In this document: piece by piece, positions 41,858-51,155 of the stretch
How the letters are laid out: each line of letters opens with the position of its first letter
Position numbering within the stretch: the first letter of the stretch is position 1
Assembly: GCA_030408505.1 (NCBI GenBank)
Contig: JAUHQI010000002.1
Location: 34,674 to 98,673, forward strand
Length of the DNA stretch: 64,000 nucleotides
Source: Candidatus Sacchlamyda saccharinae
GTDB lineage: Bacteria > Chlamydiota > Chlamydiia > Chlamydiales > Rhabdochlamydiaceae
Direction of reading: 5' to 3'
Made by a program: the position numbers and the translations under genes
Notes under the pieces: generated by a model
What the model was told of the DNA's origin: nothing
Seen by the model: the letters and a program-made list of their open reading frames with translations, nothing else
Database searches by the model: none

Positions 41858-43137
41858 AGACAACTTTCCACCCGATGAAGTGGGCCATCTGGGCTCTAGC
41901 TGCATTTTTCTACTTTTACGAGTATTTCTTGCGGGTAGCGCCCAGTGTAATGGTCCCAGAACTCATGAGCGCTTTTTCAGTCAATGCCACAGCCATTGGC
42001 GCTCTTTCCGCTTTTTATTTTTATATCTATGCCCCAATGCAACTCCCTGTTGGCGTATTGACAGACAAATATGGAGCGAGAAAACTTCTTGCTTTTGCCT
42101 CTGCAAGCGCAGGGCTTGGAGCGGTTTTGTTTGCTATTGCGACAAATTTCTGGGTGGCAGCGCTTGGCCGCATCTTGATGGGTGGCGCATCGGCATTTGG
42201 GTTCATTGGTCTTGTCTATATCTGCTCACACTGGTTTCCAGAAAATAAGAGAGGAATTCTAATAGGTCTTGGAAGCTCAATCGGAATGGTTGGCGCCGTC
42301 ATGGGCGAGGGTCCACTTCGCAAGCTAATCGATATTTTTGGATGGCGCTCTGCGAATCTCCAACTGGGAATTTTAGGACTGGTGATCGGAGCGATCATTT
42401 ATATTGTCGTGCGTAATGATCCACCAGAGATGGTGAAATATGACGAGAAGATGAAAAAAACTCCGCCTGCGCACATTCTCGAGAATTTGGGGATTGTTTG
42501 TAAGAATGGATACTCTTGGGTCATCGCTCTCTTGAGTCTTTTCATTATGCTTGCCACTCCTGGATTTGCTGGGCTTTGGGGCATCCCTTTTATCCATGCA
42601 ACATATGGGATCTCAATAGAACTTGCGGGCTACGCTGTTTCGATGATCTTTATCGGATGGGCAGTTGGTGGCCCTGTAATTGGGAAACTTTCTGACCACT
42701 TAGAACAAAAAAAACCTCTTTTGATTTTCTCATCTCTCCTGGGCGCGCTTTTGATGGCAGCTATTGTCTATGTCCCCAACTTGCCCCTTTTTGGATTATT
42801 TATCCTCTTCTTCTTTTTGGGTTTTGTCTCTGGTGCCCAACTTCTCACCTATAGCTACGCCATCGACATCAACCCAGAAAAAGTCAAAGCAACCGCTGCT
42901 GCGTTTACCAACTTCATCACTTATGTGGGCGGGGCACTTGTCCAACCTTTTGTCGGGTTTTTGCTCGACGCCAACTGGACAGGTAAGATGGAAAATGGGA
43001 TCCGAATCTATTCCCCAGATGCCTATAAAATTGCCCTGACCTGCTTTCCAGCCGCATTTCTTATCTCTGCGATTTTAGGAATATTCTTAAAAAAATCCCC
43101 GCATCCCAAAACAATTTGGCAGAAGTATTTTTCATGA
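41854..43137 (+). CDS. MFS transporter
   Basis: 427 aa with about 12 TM helices and an MFS loop motif (LTDKYGARK). GTG start overlaps the upstream stop. Confidence 0.8.
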   Translation: MKTTFHPMKWAIWALAAFFYFYEYFLRVAPSVMVPELMSAFSVNATAIGALSAFYFYIYAPMQLPVGVLTDKYGARKLLAFASASAGLGAVLFAIATNFWVAALGRILMGGASAFGFIGLVYICSHWFPENKRGILIGLGSSIGMVGAVMGEGPLRKLIDIFGWRSANLQLGILGLVIGAIIYIVVRNDPPEMVKYDEKMKKTPPAHILENLGIVCKNGYSWVIALLSLFIMLATPGFAGLWGIPFIHATYGISIELAGYAVSMIFIGWAVGGPVIGKLSDHLEQKKPLLIFSSLLGALLMAAIVYVPNLPLFGLFILFFFLGFVSGAQLLTYSYAIDINPEKVKATAAAFTNFITYVGGALVQPFVGFLLDANWTGKMENGIRIYSPDAYKIALTCFPAAFLISAILGIFLKKSPHPKTIWQKYFS

Positions 43138-44090
43138 GAGCGATGGTTCTAGAAGAGGCAAATAAGCCTCTAACAATGCAAGATCTTCTCCTCCCTTCCC
43201 CTGGAGAAGGTGAAGTGCTCATCAAGGTCAAAGCTTGTAGTGTTTGCCGCACAGATCTACATATTTATGCTGGCGAGCTAAAAGAGCCCAAACTTCCGCT
43301 GATCATGGGTCATCAGATTGTTGGAACTATAGAGGGAGAAGATTCACTTGTGGGTGTACCTTGGCTTGGGAAAACTTGTGGAGTTTGCCCTTACTGCAAA
43401 AGAGACGAAGAAAACTTATGTGATGACCCCACATTTACCGGATATACGATCAACGGCGGCTTTGCTGAGTACGTAGTGGCAAACAAAGCGTTTGTCTTCC
43501 CCATTCCAGATGGCTACTCAGAGATCCAAGCAGCTCCCCTTCTCTGTGCTGGGATGATTGGGTACCGCTCACTCAAGATGGTAGAGACGGCAGAAAAAAT
43601 CGGCTTCTATGGTTTTGGGGCCGCAGCGCATCTTTTGATCCAAGTAGCAAAATACCAGGGTAAACAGGTCTATGCCTTCACGCGCAAGGGCGATACTAAA
43701 ACACAGGAAAAAGCCTTAGAGCTCGGAGCTGTATGGGCGGGCGATTCTGAGACCAAGGCTCCCGATGAGCTCGATGCAGCCATTCTCTTTGCACCAGTGG
43801 GCTCTCTTGTGCCAACAGCTCTAAGAGCGGTCCGCAAAGGGGGCATTGTCGTCTCAGCTGGAATTCATATGAGCGATATCCCTAGCTTCCCCTACTCGAT
43901 TCTCTGGGGAGAGCGCGTTCTTCGTTCTGTGGCTAATCTCACTAGAAAAGATGGGGAGGAATTTTTAGCCTTAGCCCCTAAAATCCCCATTCAAACAGAG
44001 GTCACGACCTACCCTTTAGAAAAGGCCAATGAGGCACTTCGTGATCTAAAAGAAGGAAACATTTCTGGCTCTGCAGTGATTATTCCTTAG
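43134..44090 (+). CDS. Zinc-binding alcohol dehydrogenase family protein
   Basis: GHQIVGT catalytic-zinc region, structural-zinc Cys cluster CGVCPYCKRDEENLC, and Rossmann GFGAAAH. ATGA overlap with the MFS gene. Confidence 0.85.
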   Translation: MRAMVLEEANKPLTMQDLLLPSPGEGEVLIKVKACSVCRTDLHIYAGELKEPKLPLIMGHQIVGTIEGEDSLVGVPWLGKTCGVCPYCKRDEENLCDDPTFTGYTINGGFAEYVVANKAFVFPIPDGYSEIQAAPLLCAGMIGYRSLKMVETAEKIGFYGFGAAAHLLIQVAKYQGKQVYAFTRKGDTKTQEKALELGAVWAGDSETKAPDELDAAILFAPVGSLVPTALRAVRKGGIVVSAGIHMSDIPSFPYSILWGERVLRSVANLTRKDGEEFLALAPKIPIQTEVTTYPLEKANEALRDLKEGNISGSAVIIP

Positions 44091-45861
44091 AGAAATTCCC
44101 CGTCTTTGCATCGACGAGTTTGAGAAGGTCTTCTGATTTCATGGCGATCTGCTCTTGTGAGAGTCCACAATTGAAAACGACATTGGGATGCTCAAGCACT
44201 TTTTCATCGAAATAGGTTTCGAGATTCAAGAGATTCCCAAAGGGGGGTACCCCTCCGATGATCAGACCAAACCGCTCTTTGATAACAGCAGGGTCTTCAA
44301 ATTCGCATTTCTCTCCGACTGCCGCCGCAATGGCTTTCATATCCATTTTTAAGTGGACAGGGAGGTTGAACTGGTAATTTTTCTTCGTCTTTTTCCCTTT
44401 TAAAATGAGCGCTTTGATGCCACCTTCAGATGACTCCTCTCCATCCACGATATGCTCAAATTCCATGTCGTGTTGGTTTAGAAGGCGGATAATTTCATTG
44501 CGGATGTTCTCACCGCCGAAGACGATATTGGCTTTGATCCGATTGCCCGCAATGCGTTTGGGGTCAGAGGGGAAAAGAGATGCTTCGCGGATATTCTTTA
44601 AGCCGAGCATCGTCATGGTCAGACGTTCGAGCCCCATCCCGAAACCGCCATGGGGAGGCATGCCGTATTTAAATACGGTCAAATAATCCTGAAAATTCTC
44701 AGGATCCATCCCCTTAGACTCAATGCCAGCGACCATATCCTCATAGGTATGGCACCTCTGTCCGCCGGAGGTGATTTCCACCCCATTACAAAGTAGATCG
44801 AACGTGTTTGTAAGTTCTGGATTCTTCTCATTCACAAATGAGTAGAAGGGGCGCTTTTCTTTTTTCCAGTCAGTGATAAAAATGAGATCTGTGCCGTGCT
44901 CTTCTTTTGCATATTTACAAAGCTCCCGCTCAGCAGATGGGCTTAGGTCGGGCTCATTTCGCTCGTCTACGCCTGTTCGCTTGAAATAGAGCTCTTGTGC
45001 TTCTTCAAAGGTGACTCTAGGAATCGAAACGTCTTTTGGGCATTGAATCCAATTGGATCCTAAAGTTTCTAGTTCTTGTTTGCAGTGGGTTTGCACATGA
45101 TCTGTAATGGCCTTGATGCACCCTTCTTGAACATCGAGAACATCGTGCCAATGGTCAAAAAAGCCCATCTCAAACTCAAACTGCTTGCCTTCTGACAAAT
45201 GCCGGGGCGTATGGGAGGGTTCCGCTCGGAAAAAGGGCATCAGAGCAAAGACCCGCTCGTTGACCCCTACCATGATCTGTTTGTAAAGTTGAGAGCTCTG
45301 CGCAAGCGTTGCCGTGTAACCAAAATAGTCGACATTGAAAAATTCAGCGCCCCCTTCAGATGAGGCTCCCAGAATGTTGGGAGCAAAATACTCTTTAGCC
45401 TCCACAACATCGTGCATGTATAGACGGAAAGCATGGACCATCTCTGCCTGAACATTAAACACTGCCTGGATCTTTTGATTGCGAAGAGCAATAGAGCGGT
45501 GATCAAGGATAAATTCTAAATCGGAAGGGATTTCGGGCTTGTAGTACTCAATTGGAGGTGGCTCACTCACTGCCACCTCAACTTCAATCTTTGGCTCTAA
45601 TACTTCTACGCCAAGCCCCGCTTGCTCAGATTTGACCGGCTTGCCCTCGACAGAGAGAACACTCCCTGGAAACAGTCCGGCCAGTTTTTTAGCGTCTTCT
45701 TTATCTTCAACAATGACCTGAGCAAACCCTGTCCGATCACGGAGAATCAAAAAATTGAGTTTACCAAGCGAGCGGAAGGAAACGAGCCAACCTCGAAGCA
45801 AAACGCGGTTGTTTTCATGGGAGAGAAGTTGTGAAGAAAGGATCCGATTCATAGAGGCCAA
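44080..45861 (-). CDS. aspS: Archaeal/eukaryal-type aspartate--tRNA ligase fused to a C-terminal YbaK/ProX-like deacylase domain
   Basis: OB-fold N-terminus, class II motif 2 FRAEPSHTPRHLSE, SGGQRCH, and motif 3 GMPPHGGFGMGLERL. About 150 extra C-terminal residues follow, containing GLIIGGVPPFGN (a YbaK-family GG(V/I)(S/P)P(F/L)G-type motif). Confidence 0.8.
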   Translation of the reverse strand: MASMNRILSSQLLSHENNRVLLRGWLVSFRSLGKLNFLILRDRTGFAQVIVEDKEDAKKLAGLFPGSVLSVEGKPVKSEQAGLGVEVLEPKIEVEVAVSEPPPIEYYKPEIPSDLEFILDHRSIALRNQKIQAVFNVQAEMVHAFRLYMHDVVEAKEYFAPNILGASSEGGAEFFNVDYFGYTATLAQSSQLYKQIMVGVNERVFALMPFFRAEPSHTPRHLSEGKQFEFEMGFFDHWHDVLDVQEGCIKAITDHVQTHCKQELETLGSNWIQCPKDVSIPRVTFEEAQELYFKRTGVDERNEPDLSPSAERELCKYAKEEHGTDLIFITDWKKEKRPFYSFVNEKNPELTNTFDLLCNGVEITSGGQRCHTYEDMVAGIESKGMDPENFQDYLTVFKYGMPPHGGFGMGLERLTMTMLGLKNIREASLFPSDPKRIAGNRIKANIVFGGENIRNEIIRLLNQHDMEFEHIVDGEESSEGGIKALILKGKKTKKNYQFNLPVHLKMDMKAIAAAVGEKCEFEDPAVIKERFGLIIGGVPPFGNLLNLETYFDEKVLEHPNVVFNCGLSQEQIAMKSEDLLKLVDAKTGNFSKE

Positions 45862-45881
45862 TGATAGGGCAAATTCGTTTT

Positions 45882-46427
45882 CTATTCAATCTTGATTCCA
45901 AGACCATTTAATAGAGATAGCGCTTCTGGACTCGAAAACCTCGCTCCTTTCAAAGAATTATTTAATGGGTCAATCGCATAGCGGATGGCGCCAATAAAAT
46001 TGGCTTTGTCTAATTTCGTGTTATGAAAAAGACTCCCCTCCAAATCCGATTTTTCAAAATTCCCCTGCTCCAGATTCGATTGGACAAAATGGCACTCTCT
46101 TAGGTTGCATTCGATGAATTTCGCCGCCTTGAGCCTAAGCTCTGTGAAATTACATCCACGTAGCAAACATTTTTGAAAACCAATCTCAAAAAATCGAGAG
46201 TCGCAGAGGGTAAAATCAATCCCCATCAATTTTGACTCGCTAAAAAAAACATCTTGAAAACGGGTCCCATCGAGTATTGTCGCGACGAAATTGCACTTTT
46301 CAAATCGACAATCCTGAAAAACTTTGCCCCTAAAATCTGCTTCTGAAAAATCACATGAGATGAAGCTGCAATCAATATAGCTCTCATCTTCTAACTTCTG
46401 GATTTTTTCAAACTCTTCTGATTCCAT
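45882..46427 (-). CDS. Pentapeptide-repeat protein
   Basis: 181 aa of A(D/N)LXX-type tandem pentapeptides (CDFSEADFRGKVFQDCRFEKCNF...). Confidence 0.85.
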   Translation of the reverse strand: MESEEFEKIQKLEDESYIDCSFISCDFSEADFRGKVFQDCRFEKCNFVATILDGTRFQDVFFSESKLMGIDFTLCDSRFFEIGFQKCLLRGCNFTELRLKAAKFIECNLRECHFVQSNLEQGNFEKSDLEGSLFHNTKLDKANFIGAIRYAIDPLNNSLKGARFSSPEALSLLNGLGIKIE

Positions 46428-46456
46428 TATTCTCCTTTTTCCAGTACTGTAAAATT

Positions 46457-47302
46457 ATGATTTACCCAGACGAAAATCAGACCTCTGAGGCGCTCGCAGA
46501 GCACTATAACAGCCTCGATAAATATTATCGAAAACTCTGGGGCGAGCATCTCCACCACGGATACTTTCAAAAGGGTACTGAGACAGTTGAGCAAGCCACA
46601 GAAGCCCTCATCAATCTCGTAGTACAAGCTGGGGAAATCAAAGACAGCTCCAAAGTACTTGATGTAGGATGCGGCTACGGGGCTACGGCCCGCTTTTTGG
46701 CCCATGGAGTGGGCGCTATCGTCACAGCTCTTACGATCTCTAAATCTCAGTGGCAGTATGCACGATCCCACGATCCCGAATCCACCAACCCTCGATATAT
46801 TTTAGGAGACTTTCTCCACCACACCATCCCAGAACAATTCTTTGATGTGATCATCTCTATCGAGACCTCTGAACACATGGTAGAAAAGGAAAAATACTTC
46901 GCAGAAGTCGCTCGCCTACTTAAACCAGGAGGGCGCTTTGTCACTTGCGCTTGCCTTGCAAAGGAGGACCCCACCTCCTGGCAAGTCAAACATCTACTAG
47001 AGCCGATCTGCAGAGAGGGGCGCATTCCCAGCCTAGGCTCCGAGACCGAATACCGGACCATGATCGAAGAAGCGGGCTTAAAAGATGTAGAATTTCATGA
47101 TCTCTCAAAAAATGTAAAAAAAACTTGGTCTATCTGCGCCATGCGCACAAGCAGAGCCTTCCTCTTCGACAAACACGTCCGTAAAATGCTCCTTGATAAA
47201 GGTTTTTCTGAAAGAATTTTTGCTAAAACCCTCTTCCGCATTCTTACCGCCTACAACACAAAAGCCATGCGCTATGGGCTTTTCTCCGCAACAAAGCAGT
47301 AG
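46457..47302 (+). CDS. Class I SAM-dependent methyltransferase
   Basis: Motif I VLDVGCGYGATARFLA and post-I/II blocks (LKPGGRFV). 281 aa. Confidence 0.8.
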   Translation: MIYPDENQTSEALAEHYNSLDKYYRKLWGEHLHHGYFQKGTETVEQATEALINLVVQAGEIKDSSKVLDVGCGYGATARFLAHGVGAIVTALTISKSQWQYARSHDPESTNPRYILGDFLHHTIPEQFFDVIISIETSEHMVEKEKYFAEVARLLKPGGRFVTCACLAKEDPTSWQVKHLLEPICREGRIPSLGSETEYRTMIEEAGLKDVEFHDLSKNVKKTWSICAMRTSRAFLFDKHVRKMLLDKGFSERIFAKTLFRILTAYNTKAMRYGLFSATKQ

Positions 47303-47306
47303 GAAA

Positions 47307-47888
47307 TTAAGATTTAACGGCCTTTAAAAAATCTTGGAATCCAGACATTGCACCTTGATTTGCAGCCCATTTTTTTACATCTGAAAGGAGGACTTTCTCC
47401 TTATTATTCTTGTAAACGAGGATAGCTTGTTCGAGGGCTTGCATATCATTCCAATGGAAATAGCTTGCAAGACGGTCTTTAATACAGTCTTGTGGCGAAA
47501 GAATTTGGACCTTTCCAAGAGCTGTGTCGATCGTATTTATATGTCTTACAGGCTCATTCCCTATAGCTATGGGCGGAGAGACAAATTCAACAAAAAATTG
47601 ACATTTTGGATGAACAAAATATTTTCCCTTTTTCTTGAACCCCAACCCAGCAAGAATTTTTCCAACAAGGTTGGTATCTTCATAAATGACAAAATCTAAA
47701 TCATAGGAAAGATATTGATTTTTAGAGTAAATGCTGACACATGCACCGCCGACTAATGTACAGTAGATCCCCTCTTGCCTTAAAGCAGATGAAATCAACC
47801 CAGACAATTCTGGTATAGATATTTTCGAAAAATCGACCTTAGATGGGTTTTCCTTTTCGCCGAGGTCGCTTACGGATTTTCTTTTCAT
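47307..47888 (-). CDS. Nucleotidyltransferase-fold protein, AbiEii-like (putative toxin)
   Basis: TLVGGACVSIYSKNQYLSYDLDFVI matches the GG..(A/C)...Y......S.D(L/I)DF NTase pattern of AbiEii/DUF1814-type proteins. The start is taken at MKRKSV; the ORF is open to 47930. It overlaps the upstream wHTH gene. Confidence 0.55.
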   Translation of the reverse strand: MKRKSVSDLGEKENPSKVDFSKISIPELSGLISSALRQEGIYCTLVGGACVSIYSKNQYLSYDLDFVIYEDTNLVGKILAGLGFKKKGKYFVHPKCQFFVEFVSPPIAIGNEPVRHINTIDTALGKVQILSPQDCIKDRLASYFHWNDMQALEQAILVYKNNKEKVLLSDVKKWAANQGAMSGFQDFLKAVKS

Positions 47889-48180
47889 AGAACTTTTCTT
47901 TTGTTGGCAAAGGCAGATATTCGTAAGCACGGAAAAGCAAATTTTTCAATTCCTCAAGGAAAGGGTATCTTGGATTGAATTGATAAATTCTTGTCTTTCC
48001 CTGCAAGAAGCTAACTAATACACCTGCGTACTCTAATTTATCTAAGGTATTCTGGAAACCCGATAACGCCGAATCAAAGTTGTTCGACAATCTAGTAGCA
48101 TAACAAGATTCATTATTCAACAGGTAAAACAAAATCTTCTCAATATTCTTATTCCCGAAGAGCCGCTCGAGCATATCCAC
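47839..48180 (-). CDS. Winged-helix DNA-binding protein (putative antitoxin/autoregulator)
   Basis: 113 aa. KILFYLLNNESCYATRLSNNFDSALSGFQNTLDKLEYAGVLVSFLQGKTRIY fits an ArsR/MarR-like wHTH, and the tail is basic. It lies directly upstream of, and overlaps, the NTase gene. Confidence 0.6.
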   Translation of the reverse strand: MDMLERLFGNKNIEKILFYLLNNESCYATRLSNNFDSALSGFQNTLDKLEYAGVLVSFLQGKTRIYQFNPRYPFLEELKNLLFRAYEYLPLPTKEKFYEKKIRKRPRRKGKPI

Positions 48181-48182
48181 CC

Positions 48183-48276
48183 TAATTTATGGTTATATAA
48201 CCACATTATATGGTTAATACTAATTTCACGTCAACCACCATAATTTATGGTTGCATAACCACAAATCATGGTGGTT
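48183..48276. promoter_or_regulatory. Repeat/palindrome operator region in the divergent promoter upstream of the wHTH-NTase pair
   Basis: Two 23-nt direct repeats: TAATTTATGGTTATATAACCACA (48183-48205) and TAATTTATGGTTGCATAACCACA (48241-48263). Each contains a TGGTTnnnnAACCA palindrome. A 9-bp inverted repeat AACCACCAT/ATGGTGGTT (48233-48241 / 48268-48276) brackets the second one. Confidence 0.6.
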
Positions 48277-48313
48277 TTTGCAAAGAAACCAACTATTTTG
48301 TATATAGTGAGTT

Positions 48314-48823
48314 ATGAGCCGAATCTCCCCCAAACCCCTAGATCAGTACCCCTGGACCTTAAGACTTCTTTACTGGTACCAGAGAAGAAAATATGGGGAG
48401 CCCCTTTTGCCCTCTCTTCTTTGGGGCAGGATGCCAAAGCTCCTTATGCTGTTTTTTGGGTTTATCCGCTTTTTTGAGCGGAAAAAATCTCCATTAGATC
48501 CTGTATTGCGAAGCAGGGTCATGTTGCGCGTATCGGAAACCAACAAGTGCCCCTTTTGCATCGACATCAACTCTTCTGCGCTGCAACAAAAAAATGCCGG
48601 CGACCCCAGCGCACGCGAAGAATGCGCTCTCTTCTTTGCAGAAGCAGTGACCGATACCACAAAACAAGTAGATGATGCTTTGTTTGCCTCATTGAATGAA
48701 CACTTTTCTGAGGAAGAAATTGCAGAGCTCGCCGCTCTCATAGCTTTTCAAAACATGTCGAGCAAATTCAACTCTGCTCTGAACGTAGAGCCCCATGGGT
48801 TTTGCAAAATAAATAGGCAATAG
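48314..48823 (+). CDS. Carboxymuconolactone decarboxylase/AhpD-like family protein
   Basis: 169 aa. The CPFC (CxxC) motif sits in an SETNKCPFCIDINS context typical of the AhpD-like core domain. Confidence 0.65.
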   Translation: MSRISPKPLDQYPWTLRLLYWYQRRKYGEPLLPSLLWGRMPKLLMLFFGFIRFFERKKSPLDPVLRSRVMLRVSETNKCPFCIDINSSALQQKNAGDPSAREECALFFAEAVTDTTKQVDDALFASLNEHFSEEEIAELAALIAFQNMSSKFNSALNVEPHGFCKINRQ

Positions 48824-48837
48824 TTAAGGTCACGTTT

Positions 48838-49209
48838 ATGGAATGGATTGAACATTTTTTTCTTATCCCAGACGAGGCCACCTCTCTTGAAATCATCCTC
48901 TTACTTATCCGAAAAATTGTGGCATTGATCGGAGTGATCATCATTTTATGGGGCGCAATCGTAGGGATTTTTCAGTTTCTTTTTCAGCGCAAAAATCACT
49001 CTAAGCATTTTGATTCGATCGATGTAATCCGCCTAAAATTTGGCAGGACTATTATTTTGGGGCTAGAGTTCATTGTCGCAGCCGATGTGATTGCTACTAC
49101 AACAGCCCCCGACTACTACAGTGTTGGGATCTTAGCATCTCTTGTCGGCATCCGAACGCTTTTGACCTATTTCATGAATAAGGAAATGCTTGCCCTTTCA
49201 AAAAAGTGA
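48838..49209 (+). CDS. DUF1622-like small membrane protein
   Basis: 123 aa. The GRTIILGLEFIVAADVIATT block is as remembered for DUF1622. Confidence 0.55.
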   Translation: MEWIEHFFLIPDEATSLEIILLLIRKIVALIGVIIILWGAIVGIFQFLFQRKNHSKHFDSIDVIRLKFGRTIILGLEFIVAADVIATTTAPDYYSVGILASLVGIRTLLTYFMNKEMLALSKK

Positions 49210-49218
49210 GAATTTTTC

Positions 49219-50004
49219 ATGATTGATGGCGTACTGCTCCTTTGGTTTTTGCTCACTTTTGGATCTCTACTCTTTGTCCTTTGGGATCAGTTCACAAACA
49301 CCCCCTCTTTGCGCATCATGACGCTTGCGTGGGCGCTGGTAATTCTCTACACGGGGCCCCTCGGTCTATTTTTTTATTTCCTTACCTGTCGCCAGCCAAT
49401 GCCCGATACCCATGACCAATTCATTGATCCGCATTGGAAACAGACGGTCGGCTCTTTGATCCATTGCGTTGCAGGCGATGCCACAGCGATCATTATCATG
49501 GCTGCGTTGCTCCACTACGTTGATATCCCAAACGGAATCGAGGTGATCATCGAATATGTGGCGGCTTATCTATTTGGTCTCTTCATTTTCCAAGCTCTAT
49601 TCATGCGCTCGATGTTTAGCTCCTATTTTGAAGCGGTGAAGAAAACAATTTTTGCAGAAACAGTATCGATGAATATGGTAATGACAGGGATGTTTCCGAT
49701 CATCGTTTTCATCAAGTATCACTACCCGGCTGCCTCTGACCCTTTTGGCCCCTATTTTTGGGGAATGATGTCTTTAGCCACTATTGTGGGCTCTTTTGTT
49801 GCCTATCCCATCAATTCTTGGATGGTAAAAAAGGGAGTGAAACATGGGATGATGTCTAAGGGGATGCAAATGCACCATGCACCTGTCACGCTTCCAAGTG
49901 GGCAAATGTGGGGCTGGGTGATCGGCACTTATCTCATCTTTTTTGCCGTGATGGCCATTGTGGGAGTCTTCGCTCCTATTCGCTTTGCATTAGGTAATGC
50001 TTAA
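49219..50004 (+). CDS. Polytopic membrane protein (DUF4396-like)
   Basis: 261 aa with about 6 TM helices and an HCVAGD block. The family assignment is from memory only. Confidence 0.45.
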   Translation: MIDGVLLLWFLLTFGSLLFVLWDQFTNTPSLRIMTLAWALVILYTGPLGLFFYFLTCRQPMPDTHDQFIDPHWKQTVGSLIHCVAGDATAIIIMAALLHYVDIPNGIEVIIEYVAAYLFGLFIFQALFMRSMFSSYFEAVKKTIFAETVSMNMVMTGMFPIIVFIKYHYPAASDPFGPYFWGMMSLATIVGSFVAYPINSWMVKKGVKHGMMSKGMQMHHAPVTLPSGQMWGWVIGTYLIFFAVMAIVGVFAPIRFALGNA

Positions 50005-51139
50005 TCCCTTCGAAATAGGCTTCTGCTACCTGCTTAATTCTTGATGAGCACTTTTGGCCACCAATAACGAAATCCGTTTTAGATAGATTTACACACTCAT
50101 CAATGTTGTTTTGGACAAGCGTCTCACCGTAGCAGATGGGACTATGGACAAGGCGTGTGAGGGCGAGATTCCGCGCATACACACCCTTAGCGGCCTCTAT
50201 GCACACCGTCTCGAGGTAACGAGCATTATCTGCTTTGGTCACAAGAGGAACGCGCAAATGCTTGCTGAATTGACCAACGATGCACCTGCTCAGGTGAAGC
50301 GAGTTTTTTAAGTCTTCAGTAACTAGGAGGCGCATAAATTCGTAGCGATTTTCAAACTCGGCCAGCTCTCCTCTACAGAAAGCTCCTGGAATAAAAGCCA
50401 TATTAAAATTGCCAGAGCATGGAGTATGGTTAGACGAAGACTCGTCATCTGCATGATGAGAATTGTAATGGATCATAATACTGAGATCTGGAGCAAAAGC
50501 ATTGATTTTGTCTGCTCTGGCACGAAGGTCCAGGGGATTGAAATACTTGCGAAAGAGTCCGTAAAGCGATTGCTGTCTACCCCAGAAGCTAGGGTTTTTC
50601 TTGAGCCAAGCAAAAAAATCATCTTCGTAGACTCCCTTCCCTACCTCCTCGCGAGTCAACAAGACGATTGCTCCTTCTTTTTCTAGAAGAATTTTCAAGT
50701 ACTTTGCAGTCAGAAGACTTAACGTCCCTTCATCAAACTGGATGCAGTCTTCCCTTTCGAGAGAAGGAGGGATATCGATGTATCTCTCTTCGAGTTTTGC
50801 GTAAGGGCCTCCAAAATGCCCCGGATCAATAGCAATTTTTACGCCGACAAAGTTTTTTCGTCTTTGTTTTGGCTCGAATTTCGTTTTCGAGTGGGCAAAT
50901 TTGAGGGTATATTCTATCTCGCGGTCTTTCTGAGTATCGGGCAAGTTGTATAAGACTAGCTGATCCTGATCGATCGAGAAGTAGCTAGCGACCCTCCCCT
51001 CTTTTTGCAAAAAAAGCCCCAGACGCTCTTCGACCTCTCCCCGTGTCCATTTCCCTTGATAGCCATCAAAATCAGAATATTGAGTCGACCCAAAAAGGGC
51101 CAGTTGAGACAATACAAGAATCCAAATAAATTTAATCAT
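49976..51139 (-). CDS. N-acetylmuramoyl-L-alanine amidase-like (Amidase_3) protein
   Basis: Signal peptide MIKFIWILVLSQLALFG and amidase_3-type blocks KIAIDPGHFGG and LSIMIHYNSH. The start is taken at 51139; the ORF is open to 51337. Confidence 0.65.
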   Translation of the reverse strand: MIKFIWILVLSQLALFGSTQYSDFDGYQGKWTRGEVEERLGLFLQKEGRVASYFSIDQDQLVLYNLPDTQKDREIEYTLKFAHSKTKFEPKQRRKNFVGVKIAIDPGHFGGPYAKLEERYIDIPPSLEREDCIQFDEGTLSLLTAKYLKILLEKEGAIVLLTREEVGKGVYEDDFFAWLKKNPSFWGRQQSLYGLFRKYFNPLDLRARADKINAFAPDLSIMIHYNSHHADDESSSNHTPCSGNFNMAFIPGAFCRGELAEFENRYEFMRLLVTEDLKNSLHLSRCIVGQFSKHLRVPLVTKADNARYLETVCIEAAKGVYARNLALTRLVHSPICYGETLVQNNIDECVNLSKTDFVIGGQKCSSRIKQVAEAYFEGIKHYLMQSE

Positions 51140-51155
51140 GAGGCGAGCATAACAA

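Noticed and set aside
46427-46771. 114-aa minus-strand ORF.
   Set aside because: It overlaps the start and first third of a well-supported SAM-methyltransferase gene on the + strand. It has no motif and no SD.
47839-47930. The wHTH and NTase ORFs as a single frameshifted AbiEi-like gene.
   Set aside because: This cannot be excluded. However, both ORFs have plausible starts, and overlapping antitoxin-toxin pairs are the norm. It is kept as two genes and flagged in the finding.
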